64,000 bases of DNA from Gekko japonicus (taxonomy: Eukaryota), in NCBI RefSeq assembly GCF_001447785.1, contig NW_015174272.1, forward strand, positions 728,286-792,285. Direction: 5' to 3'. Below the pieces are notes generated by a model, which searched no databases, had not been told where the DNA came from, and saw nothing but the letters and a program-made list of their open reading frames with translations. The stretch's first letter is position 1, and each line of letters starts with the position of its first letter. Made by a program: the position numbers and the translations under genes. This document shows positions 13,216 to 25,000 of the stretch, piece by piece.

Positions 13216-13263
13216 CATCTTCATCATGCTCATCCTCTTCTTCATCTGATAGAGATGACTGAA
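13216..13263 (-). CDS. MILR1-like receptor exon 2 (48 bp acidic mini-exon, IQSSLSDEEEDEHDED)
   Basis: Pyrimidine tract + CAG acceptor, G|GTAAGT donor, phase 1-1, in frame with exon 1 and the first Ig exon. Confidence 0.75.
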
Positions 13264-13349
13264 CTGAAAGGCGGAGGGAAATGTACCTTGAATTAGGTTA
13301 ATCGAATGCAGCATTTTGGAAAAGAGACACCATATAAGAAAGGTCTTAC

Positions 13350-13392
13350 TCTGTGCTGTCAGGAGACACCCAATGACTATAAATGTCAGCAT
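13350..13392 (-). CDS. Allergin-1/MILR1-like receptor, coding exon 1 (signal peptide MLTFIVIGCLLTAQ)
   Basis: ATG at 13392, hydrophobic leader, phase-1 donor A|GTAAGA at 13349; splices in frame to the downstream exons. Confidence 0.8.
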
Positions 13393-13399
13393 TTTAAAT

Positions 13400-13535
13400 A
13401 AGATTGGAGCCGTTGCTTAGATCTGCAAAATTGCGGTTATGACAAAGAAGTTGTCTTGAAGAAAGAGTTTGCAAGAAATTGAGGAAGTATATTTAATGGA
13501 ATGTTGCATCTGTTTCCGGTGTATGACGTCTGCAA
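13400..13535 (-). promoter_or_regulatory. Putative myeloid/haematopoietic proximal promoter of the Ig receptor
   Basis: RUNX TGCGGTT 13432-38, PU.1-type GAGGAAGT 13481-88, ETS TTCCGG 13514-19 and CRE-like TGACGTC 13524-30, all within 140 bp of the ATG. Confidence 0.5.
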
Positions 13536-15929
13536 AGTATCTAAGCTCAGTCTCAATTGTACATCTTAGCAACAGAATAATCTAGTACACACAGGGGTTT
13601 CAAACATATGGCCTGGGGAGCAGAACCAGCTTGTCCAGGGCCCTTATCTGGCTCGTGAGCAACTAGTGCAGAGGAGGGAAGGCAGGACGCTGGGTGGGGG
13701 GGGCAAACAGGCACACATGGTGAAGTGTGTATGGTTGAAGCTGTCAAGAAACAGAAAGGACATGGCTAGGGGGCAGGGCTAAGAGGCTGAGCTAAAATAG
13801 TGCCACTTTGGGTCCTTAGAAGAGCCACAGGTGACATGTCAAGATTTGCATGGGACTTCTGAACCACTAAGTATAGCTGATCTAGTATTTGGAATGCAAG
13901 CTTTGCGGTTCTCACGGTGTCTTTTGAAGTTTGAAATTTTAGGACATTCAGGCTGAACTTCCCAGGCATCCTCCTTACATCAAGCTGGCATTGTGACTAC
14001 TGAATTACTGATGGGTGTACTGAAACAATTTCATTGGCTACCAGTTTGCTCCTGGAAACAATTCGAAGCGTCATTTTGAATCTTTTAAGGATACATGAAA
14101 GACCACCCTGGGGAACTTTCAGGGGTGGGGCTAGATGACACATGATGCCATGATGTCACTTCAGTTCATGTAATTGAAAGTAACATCACATGCAACATTC
14201 TAGCAATCCCCCAGTCTCTATGATTTTACTGTAGAGATTTGGGGGATTGCTACTACGCTGCAGTGAAGCGTGACATCACTTCTGGTTACATGACAAGATG
14301 TGATGTTGCCGTATTGTGTGATGAAACGCCACCAGGAGACGCCCCATCTGCCACATTAGTTGGGTCCCCCTACGCCTTTCCCATAGTGACCTGACCACGA
14401 GTCCTGCCTCAAGCCTGGCTTTCTGAGTCCCTACTCTCTGAAGTGGGCTGTGTCACAGCTAGAGATGGAGCTTTTTCTGCAATGATGCCTCATTTATGGA
14501 GTGCCTAATTTATGGTATTTCGAGTGCTGCTGGGTAAATAGTTGTATTTCCCTTGGCTTTTAGTTAGTTTTTATCCTCCCTGATTCAATTGCGGAGTTCT
14601 CTTTTTACATGGAGATTTAAAAAAAAAATGGTTTTAAGCTTTGTTGATTTTGCTTTAATCATCGTCATCTGTATATCTAATAGCAAAACAGTAGGCTCAT
14701 CTGTGGATACATAAACCTGCAGATTGGGGCCATGCCTACCCAAAAAAGACAGTTCTGCAAACTGGAGGGAATCCCCTGGTTTGCGGGGGGGGGGGGGGGG
14801 AAAAAAACGTTTAAAAAATACATTGGGGAGTTTAAATCTCCCCCAAAACACAAAAGGTGTCTGCGCACGGGCAGATGACTTACCTGTCACCTAGTGGCTC
14901 TGCATCCAGTGTGGTAGCTCTTGGGGGTCCTGTGGGAGACATGGCAGCTCTCGGAAGCATGTGGGTGTCACAGAGGCTCTCAGGGGGCCTACTGCAGCCA
15001 CCACTGCTCCTGACAAGCAGGCCGCTCTGGTGGTTCCCAGGGGCACTAATCCAACCATTATGGCTCCCAGGGGCAGCTCCCAAGGTGGTGAGAAAGAAGG
15101 GGGATTGTCTAATAAGGTATGGTAGGGTGAAAAAGATGGGGAGAAGATAAAGGTAGGGTGGCTGGTGGATGCAAAGGAGAGGAAGCAGGAAAGGGGAAAA
15201 AGCTATGGGGGCTTTCAAGAAAGGGAAAGGTAGAGATAGTGGAGGAGAGGGAAATTCACCCCCCCCACACAAGTCCTTGTAAGTTCCTGCTTGTGTGTAT
15301 ATATACACACACATGAGGAAAGGTTGGCTTTGTAGTGGTTAAGTTGTCACTTTATGTGGTGTGGTTTTAAGGTATTTTAAACTATAGTGTTGTATAGGAT
15401 GATTGTTTTGGAATTAACTTTTAATGGATTTTATCACCATTATTTTTATTTTGTTGCAAATCACCTCCAGCAGATATCTGGAGAAGTAGCCACTTCCCAC
15501 AGGCCTTTGCAGATACAGCTCCTAAATAATATCTTTTAAAAGATAAAAAATCAACACAGAAATACAGCAAACTGACTTTGCTAGCTCCAGGTATTCTCAT
15601 TGGTTTAAACTGCTCAAAGTGGACTACACCAGGGCTCTATTTGTCTCATGTCACTTTCCATAAAGTTAGAGAAGCCTTTGTTTTTGTCCAATTTCAGACA
15701 GTGCCAACTGCCATGTTAGCCAGTTGCTATTTGCAAAAACTGGTCTCTTAGCAAGTATGTATTTGTGGAACTCCAGAACTGGAGGGTTTCCCCTAATATT
15801 TTGAAAAGCAAAACAGAGGACATATTTCCCAATGGATTACTTCAAACAAGTGATCACTACAGCAAATCTAATTTTAAATACCCATACTGTTTAAGCTGTG
15901 ATAATTGCTACTAACTCAGAATATTCCTG

Positions 15930-18868
15930 GAGTAAATCAGAAAGGTTGACCGGAATTTTGATTCCAAGATATTGCCAAAATTTTGTGGTTCATTGAAAGG
16001 CATAGCAAAGTTTGATTTGTTGCTCTGTGCTTTCTGATAGGTAGATGGGGTACAGTAGAGATTTAGCTTGACTAACTCTTAGACCGGAGATGTTGCCAAA
16101 CCAAAACAGGGTGGTATGAATTGACTCTAAAGATGCTTGCGGGTTGGTAATATAAAGGACTAGGTCGTCTGCAAGAAGGCTGAGCTTAAATTCTCTCTCT
16201 CCAATTTGGATTCCAGTATAAGTGGGGTTGCTGCGTAGATCACTGGCCAGGGGTTCCATTACTATGGCAAATAACAGCAGCAATCGTGGACAGCCTTGTC
16301 TCTTCCTGCGGTGTAGGTTGATTTGCTGAGATGTTTGACCGTTGATTAATAGGTAAGCTGAGGGTGATGAGTATGTTGCTGTAATGGTTTTTAGGAAGGT
16401 GTCACCAAACTGCATTTGTCACTGTGAGGTCACTGTGAGGAACGACAATCACATGGCTATAGCAAATGAGGTGCATGACCAGATGAAAAAATGGGACATT
16501 AAATTTCTGTCATGGGCAGATAGAATCAACACTATTAAATCATTCATACTTCCAAAGTATTTATACTGTTTCAGAGCACTCCCAGTTACCATACCTCGCA
16601 CAAATTTTCTGAAATGGCAGCACTCAATCAATGCATTTCTATGGTCATATAAATACCCTCGGATCAGCACTTCCACATTACGATGTCGAATCCAGAAAGG
16701 AGGAATAGCTCTCCCTGACCTTTATACATATCATTCAGCAACAATGCTATCAAACCTAGTTATACAATATCACAATGTGGACAACTTAGACTGGGCTTAT
16801 ATCAAAGAAAGAGAAACCCAAATCCAGTCCCAAACTTTCAAGGAATTGATGTGGTCAGATTCAATGCCAAGGATCTGCATGCTTTCCAAAAAACCCTTTT
16901 TCAAAACTCCAATATCAATGTGGCGTATTTACAGCGATAAACTTATTAATAAATGGTCAATGCTGCGCACATTTACGGGTCAAAACTGGTTCCCACCAGC
17001 AAAAGAAAGCAACTCCTTCGCCACCTGGAAAGCAGTAGGCCTTACGAGGCTCATCGATGTTGTTCGCAATGGAAAAATTCTACTAAAAATTGAACTGGAA
17101 AAGAAGGGCGAGGTTAATCTACCATGGTTTGAATATCTCCAGCTACAACATTTGATTGGATCTCCTAACAACAATAGTACTATTAAAAAGCCACCCACAA
17201 CATTTGAAAGATTCTTAGCCACAAATAGCAAAGTTAAGGGTCTTATAGCCGCCATCTACAAGATTTTAACAGAACTTGCCAATAAAAAACCTAATTTATT
17301 TAGTTAGCTTATTTCCAATAATAAAAGAACATTATAACTGCAACAAATTATCACGAACTAACGAAGGCTTCATGAGATTTTGCGAAGGTATATCCAAATA
17401 TTAAAAGCATACCTTTAAAACAAAGCAATACCTCATTTATAAAGCTATATTAATTGAACATTTACTCTTTAGCAATTTTGTATAACATATTTCCACAACA
17501 GATAGCAGATAGCATACATAAAAATCAGAAACCTAGCCAAAAGACTGAATCTAGTTTGGAAGCATCTAAAGTCTCTGGTGTTCCAAACGATCATGGATCC
17601 GAATGCACAATCTTATTTGGATCCGTTGGTGGTGGGGATGATGATTCTAGTCTTCTGTGATTTCAACGAAACATCCATAGGTATTTCCAGGTTTAGCGTG
17701 CGTAGTAGGGATCTCCCTTCTTCCAGTGAGGTAATACAGTAGCTTTTTCCTTGATGCGAGAGTTGCAAAATAAATGGTGATACCCATTTATAACGGCAAT
17801 TTGCTTCAATTAGACATGCTGTGATGGGTTTCAGTTCCCTCCGTTTTTCAAGTGCCTCCGGCGGCAAATCTTAGTACACCTCAATTTTCGCGCCCTTATA
17901 ACTAAGATGACCTTTTTGTCTCTCCGATTGTAGAATCTTGTTTTAAAACCGTATGTCCAACACTGTCATTAGGATATCCCTAGATGGTTTAGTTTTAAGT
18001 GTAGTTAAAGAACCCAGTCTGTACACTTTTGTTACTATCGGCAAAATATCTCCCTCAGTTGGGACTTCATGAGACAGCCATTTTGAGAGGAAGGTGGAAA
18101 GATCGACAGAGTCTGCCACCTTCTCATCTAGACCATGATTTTTCAGATTATTTTGTCTCATGGACACATCAAGCTTTAAGGCTCTTTCCGCTATGACATC
18201 CTCCCCATGGTGTATGTCTTATTTTATTATTTTATTATTTTTATTTATTATTTAGATTTTTATCCCGCCCTCCCCGAAGGCTCAGGGCAGCTAACAGGGC
18301 ATAATGCCAAATAAAACCATAAAACAGTATAAAATATTAAATTACATAACAATGAATACACAGTTAATAACATCATAAAACATTTTTGGTGTCTTGGATC
18401 TCGTTTTGATTTAACAGAGAATTATTCATCGCGCTTTCCGCTATGGCTCTATTTTCCGTTATAGTTTTCTGCATAGAGTCTATCTGGTCATAAATTGGTT
18501 TCATCATGTTCGCCATGCTGTCTAATAATGTTTTTCCCAGTTTATTTAGGGCTAATGCAAGGTCAGTTGTTGTGACAGGGGTTCCCTCTTTCCCCGTTGC
18601 TGATTCAGTCGGCGCCATTTTAGCCGAGATACAGCGACGCTGGCCAGATAGAAAGGGGCTCGATGTCGAGTCTATTTTAACTTGTACCTTCGTTTTTTTT
18701 CACAGCTATGTATTGGAGAGTTGTTCCAACGTCTTTCTCCATATACTGGGCTTTAGATACGATCTTGCGGTTGGTAGTAAGATTAGAAGAAGAGAAGGGT
18801 TCCTTAGAGTGGAAGCTTCAGGCGGCCATTTTCTTCCAAGCGCCGCCATGGCCCCCCTCTTTGGGGAT
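15930..18868 (-). mobile_element. Rearranged L1: 5'UTR+ORF1 (minus), inverted post-RT ORF2 segment (plus, ~16445-17307), RT core segment (minus, 16415-15930)
   Basis: ORF1-like peptides 17613-18618; RT motifs RQGCP/LADDL/YLG at 15960-16415; LSWADRINTIKSFILPKYLY and GGIALPDL on the plus strand. Confidence 0.85.
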
Positions 18869-19570
18869 NNNNNNNNNNNNNNNNNNNNNNNNNNNNNNNN
18901 NNNNNNNNNNNNNNNNNNNNNNNNNNNNNNNNNNNNNNNNNNNNNNATTCCTGAGGAGGGTCTGTCTCCCATCATTCTGGCATGTAGTATATCTCAGAGG
19001 GCAAGCCTGATCTGTCATTGTTAGCACTCTCCCAAGTACCACAAGGTGCTAATGGGGGGTGGATGGAGTTTACCTAAACAAGCTTATGTACTCAGCTATT
19101 GTTTCCCAATTTATTTACTCTAGGATCCCTGTCTCCCTACTGGTCCATTCTAGGGTCCTAGCAATCTATTGTTATGCATCCCAAACTCAGTCCTTTTGCA
19201 ACGATGGTTCAGGCTCAATACATAACAAGTGCTTAGTTCATAAATCTCAAACTGAGGTCTTTTCTAACAATATTGTCTATTTAGCACAAAGATTTGTAAA
19301 ACAGTGGAAATATTTTCTTTCCTGCTTATTTTCTTGGATTTTAAAAAAAGAAACACATTCTCTATGCCTACTGTTAGCTACCCATTTTATGGTAACCTGC
19401 AAGATACAAAACTAGTTTGGGACCAGTTTTTACTGCAGCAGTCTGTGTCAAGATACCAGATTATTAATTCAGTTAAGTTCAGTTTATTTCAATATATGAT
19501 CAGCTTGAAACATGTTAATAAAAACAATAAAAACTGCCAAGTGCAATACCAAGACAAAAAGACTTATATG

Positions 19571-20030
19571 CAGGGGTCGTTTCGTAGAAAAAGAGCTAGG
19601 GGAACTCATTAGCATACCTCATTAGCATATGCCACACCCCCTGCCATCACCGGAAGTGTGTCATAAAACCACACCCACCACTCAGTTAGTCTTAGTCTTA
19701 AAGGTTAGTCTTAAAGGTGCTATTTGTTAGTCTTAAAGGTGCTATTTGAACTCTTGGACTATTTTGCAGCAACAGACTAACACAGCTACCTTGGGGAAGC
19801 TCCTGGATGGGGCTGGGAGTCCTTGCGGAGGCCACGTGGAGTGGCCTCGGCCAGGCAGAGGGGGAGGATGCCAACTTACCCTCCTGCTTCTTCCTCCTTC
19901 TGCAACAGAATGAGGCTGGAAGCAGGGGGCTGCCGGAAGAAGGGGGCGGGGCTTCGTTGTGTGCCCCGCACCCCTGCACCTCACCCGGGGGAACTGTGTT
20001 CCCCCGTGTTCCCCCCCGAAATGACCTCTG
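19571..20030. mobile_element. hAT-type MITE, family B
   Basis: TIRs CAGGGGTCGTTTCG / CGAAATGACCTCTG; exact 8-bp TSD cttatatg. Confidence 0.85.
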
Positions 20031-21379
20031 CTTATATGTGTCATTATAATCCAACATTTCAAAAATTCTCTCACATATTTCACAACAGAGGGAGTCAGTT
20101 ATTTGAAAACTCAACCATCTGCTTTCAGATTGTGCTTGCCATTATACAAACTTTTGTTACATCACAAGTAAATTTCTCTAAAGGAGTCTGAAAGAAGGAG
20201 GGAAGTGTAGAATTGTTTTGATCTTCCTCGGCAATTTATCAAAATCAGTGTGATATATTGGGAGTATATATCATTATAGTAGGAACAGTGTAATAATATC
20301 ATGTGATCAATTGTCTCAGCCTTTCCCATTTGACAAAGATAAACCTGCTGGGAATAAGGAATGCACAAATATCTGCCTTCAGAAAAGCCGAGGGCAAGGC
20401 ATGAAGACGTACCAAAGGGAAGTTACGCCATTGCTTGGGAATCTCTAAGGCAGTGAGATAGTCCGCTGGCAAAAAAGTTGTGGTATGCTACATTGCAGTG
20501 GGGTACTGCTGTAAGCAGCTCCTATCGGATTGAAGGGCCAGGTGCCAGATCCGTTGCTTAATTATTTCTTTGACTTTCTAGAAGCCTACATGTAACAGGT
20601 CTGGGGAGGAGAAGCTATACTCTTGTAATTTACCTTCAACGATTCTCAGCAATTTACCTTCAACAATTCTGTAGTTATCCACAAGAACAAGGGGAGTTTG
20701 TCCCTGAGAGTTGCAATTTAGTTTTAACCAACACCTGGTCATCTGAACTCACGTGCCTGCCTCAAGTGTAACCACAGCCTCCAGCCGGAGGAGAGCATTT
20801 GGGATACATCAAGGGACTCCAAATACTGATGGCAAGAACTTAAATTGCTCTGCTTCCAGAGAGTGAAGATTTTTGTAAAGGCAAAGCTGGGAGCCACACA
20901 TTAAGTAGGCAACCACTTTCCCCTGAAAAACCTTAACTGCTGCATAGATATAAGACTTTTTTTATATCAAAAAAAATCTCAAGATGACTGAGGTCGTTCT
21001 ATGGGCAATCTCAGTAACATGCACAGCTTGAGCTCTCCACAACCCATTAGACTGGAAGACTACACCTAAGTATTTAATAAAACTTTTTACCTGTTTGATA
21101 CCATGTCTCTCAATCTGCCATCTGTGTCTTTCATGGCTTTTGGTGAGGATGAGAATTTTAGATTTTTTATCATTTATCATAAGCTTCTCCTCTTGGCAAT
21201 ATGCAGTAAACGCCCAAAGTGATCTCCTAAGGCATACTTGCAAGTGAGACAGGATTACTGTATCATCTGCATATAATAAGGTGGGAATTGCTCTCTTTGC
21301 TAATTTTGGAGGCTGAAAACCTGAATTTGTAAAAAACTGCACCATAGAGTTGATGTGGAAATTAAAAAGTAGTGGTACC

Positions 21380-22000
21380 TGTCGGGCTCTGACGCGTCCC
21401 GGGGGGGGGCGCCCCCAGAGGCCGCGGCACCGGCGGGCCGTCCCGAGCGAGGAAGCAACGTCCGGAGGTTTGCACGGGAATTTGCGGCAAGCGTGGGACC
21501 TCAGACCGGCAGGGGACGGGGTTGACGTCACCCCACTGTCCCTCTGCCTGGATGCTACGATCACCTCTGTCTCTCTCTCAGCGTCGTGATCGCCACCGCA
21601 TCCACTCCTCCCCGGCCCCCGTCTCTGCCGGACCTTTATTCCCGTGCCGTACACCCGGTGCCGCCCCTTCCTCCCTCGGACGCAAGCCCCGCCCCCCCTC
21701 ATATGGAGGAACGCCGACAGGGCGTTCCCCGCCTCCAGGTAGTTCCCCGCCTCCTCGCGGTTTTCGGCCCTCTCCGTCGGCTTCGGCGGCGTCCCCGGGG
21801 CTCTCGATGCTTGCGGCCCCTCTCGGGCTGCGCCGCCCGCTCCGGGCGCGTCCGCCGTTCCGCTCTCCGCTCCTCGCCGCATCCCGGTCTGCCGGTCGGC
21901 CGCTGCCTGGTGAGTTAGTGCGGGGGCCTGGGGTCGGGGGTCCTTCTTTCCCTTGCCGTCCCCCGGGGGTCTCCGGGTCCCGGACATCGGGAACGGGACA
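21380..22000 (-). repeat. 3' LTR (621 bp, GC/CpG-rich)
   Basis: Direct repeat of 26679-27375; preceded on the minus strand by PPT AGGGGGGGTG (22001-22010). Confidence 0.95.
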
Positions 22001-25000
22001 CACCCCCCCTGGCGCCGGACAACCCGGCGTCGGTCTCGAAGAGTCGGAGCAAGTAGTCGGCCCCTCGGTATATCACTNNNNNNNNNNNNNNNNNNNNNNN
22101 NNNNNNNNNNNNNNNNNNNNNNNNNNNNNNNNNNNNNNNNNNNNNNNNNNNNNNNNNNNNNNNNNNNNNNNNNNNNNNNNNNNGACAACCCGGCGTCGGT
22201 CTCGAAGAGTCGGGACAAGTAGTCGGCCACTCGGTGATCCACTCCAGGCTGATGTCGCACTGTGAAGCGAAAAGGAAGTAAGGTGACATACCACCGAAGG
22301 ACCCGTGCGTTCGCATCTTTCATGCGGGCCATCCAGAGCAAAGGGGCATGGTCGACCACGAGTTCAAACGGGTTATTGGCTAGATAGTAGTGCAGGGTCC
22401 CCACCGCCCATTTGACGGCCAAAGCTTCCTGCTCTACCGTGGAGTACCGCCGCTCCGCGGGTTGCAACTTTCGGCTGATGAAGAGGATCGGGTGTTCTTC
22501 CCCCCCGTTCGATTGCGCCAGCATGGCACCGAGGCCAGTCCCGGAGGCGTCCGTGTAGACGATAAACGGGCGGCTGAAGTCCGGGTTTCGTAAAACCGGT
22601 TCGTGGGAGAGACACTGCCGCAACGTGGTGAAGGCTCGTTCTTCCGCAGGCCCCCATCGTAGTTGGTTAGGGCGGTTCCTCTGCAGGCAGTCTGTAAGTG
22701 GACTGGCTATCGACGCGAACCCGGGGATGAACCGGCTGTAATACCCGACAAACCCGAGGAATCGGCGTAGTTGTCGCTTAGTGACCGGCCGCGGTTGGGT
22801 TTCGAGAGTTGTTACTTTGTCGGGTAGAGGCCGCAGACATCCGTGTCCAACCAGGTATCCCAGGTATTTTAACTCCTGGAACCCCAGGCGGCTCTTTGCC
22901 GGGTTCGCGGTAAGGCCCGCCGCCTTGAGGGCGGAAAGAACCTGATGCAAATGGGATAGGTGGGAATCCCAGTCGGGGCTGCAGACAACGATGTCGTCTA
23001 TGTAGGCCTGTGCAAACTCCCCGCATCCTGATAGCGCGGTATCTACCAGCCGCTGGAACGTGGCCCCGGCCCCATGGAGGCCGAAAGGCATCCGTTTGAA
23101 GTGAAAGAGACCCTGTGGGGTCGCAAAGGCGGTCTTCTCACGGTCTTCTCTACGCATGGGTACCTGCCAGTACCCTTTTGTGAGATCGAGGGCAGACAGG
23201 TACTTAGCGGTGCCCAACTGGTCAATGAGCAAGTCCGCTCTGGGCATCGGGTATGCATCAAACTGGGCCAGTTTGTTCAGCTCCCGATAGTCTACGCAGA
23301 AGCGGACGCTGTTGTCGGGTTTAGGAACTAGCACCACCGGACTCCTCCATGCACTGCGTGATGGTTCGATGATATCCAGTCGCTGCATCGTCTTTACCTC
23401 TTGAGCGATGGCTTCCCTCAATTTTGGTGCGATGGGTCTCCATGGGACCCGCGCCACGCATCCTGGTGGGGTTGCAATCCGGTGTTCTATTAAGTGTGTA
23501 CACCCCGGTGTGGTGGAAAACACTCCCGGGTGGGCTTGCAGCAGCCCAAGGAGGTCTTGGTGCTGGGCCCCCGAGAGCGCCCCGTCCAACACCGGGCGAG
23601 TGTCTGACCCCTCCGCGGCCTGCCATGGGGCCGTGCCGTCGGACAAGTCGTATGGTTCTGCTGCCAACTGTGCCTCGTCTCTGGCCGTCTCTCGCTCGTG
23701 CCACGCCTTGAGTTCGTTCACATGGACGACCTTCCGCTGACGAGCCCGTCGCCCATATCGCACTTCGTACGTCACCGGTCCTAACACCCGAGTGACGACA
23801 AAGGGTCCGTGCCATGGATCTCCATGCGCGGGCGCCATGACAGCCCGCGATACCAAGACTCGGTCTCCCACCTGGAACGTTCTGAGCCGCGTGCCGTGAT
23901 CGTACCGCCTCTTCTGCACGTCCTGCGCCTGGGTCAGGTTGGCGCGCGCGGCCTGCCGGACCGTCTCCAGGCGGTCTTGGAGCTTGCGGACGAACTCGCA
24001 GGGTTCCTCTTCGCTTGCCGTGCCCTCCCCCGGTGGTTGTCCTTCCATGACGGCCAGGAGGCCACGCGGCTGACGCCCGTAGACTAGCTCAAATGGGGAG
24101 AACCCCGTTGACGCTTGGGGTGTCTCCCTCAGGGCAAAGAGGACGGGGTCGACATACAGATCCCAGGCCGTGGGCCTGTCGTACGCCGCCTTCCGCAGCA
24201 TGTTTTTGAGGGTCTGGTTCATGCGCTCCACCAAACCGTCGGTCTGGGGGTGATGCACGGAGGTATATGTCTGCCGGATGTGGAGGGTCGCACATACCTG
24301 GCGCATGAGCTGAGCGGTGAAAGGTGACCCTCGGTCCGTCAGGATTTCTCGAGGGAGGCCACCCCACGCAAAGTAGCGCATGAGGGCCCTAGCGACCCCA
24401 GCGCTTTTAAGACTGGGGAGAGGGATGGCTTCGGGGAATCTTGTTGCGTAGTCCATAATTACGAGTAGGTATCGGGCCCCTCGCGGTGTTCGGGGTAATG
24501 GCCCGACGAAGTCCATGGCCACCCTCTCGAACGGTACCCCCACGATGGGCAACGGGGACAGGGGGGCCCGGGGTTCGGGCCGGTTGTTGGATCTCTGGCA
24601 GATGTCGCAGGAGCGGCAGTATGCTTTTACATCTCTTGCTACCGAGGGCCAAAAGAAGTGTGCGAGCACACGAGTCATCGTGTTCTTGACCCCCTGGTGT
24701 CCCGCCCAGGGATGATCATGGGCCATGCGGAGGACGGTGGGGATGTACCTGTAGGGCACTAATAGCTGGCGGTAGGCCCCCACCCGTCCCCTTACCTCAC
24801 GGAACCACCGCCCCCCCTCCTGGGAGATGTGGGGCCCCCGCTGGGCGAGCCTAGGGTCTACCGGTGCGCCATCCCTCACCGCTATCCGTCGTCGCAACCC
24901 CTCCAACGCTTCGTCCTCCTCCTGCGCACGGCTAAAGCGAGGGTCGCTTACCCAACTGTCGACCGCGTCGTCCATGTCTCCGCTCCGGCTGTCCTCGGGA

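Noticed and set aside
20962-22183. C-terminal ~400 aa of the 1904-aa ORF, apparently fusing Gypsy Pol to a second (LINE) RT
   Set aside because: The frame is carried through an N gap and a GC-rich LTR into the host LINE. Collapsing the overlap at the gap puts the stop at 21915-17.
22018-22240. Apparent tandem duplication of the RNase H end on both sides of the gap
   Set aside because: The left copy degrades toward the Ns, as expected for overlapping contig ends; most likely an assembly artefact.
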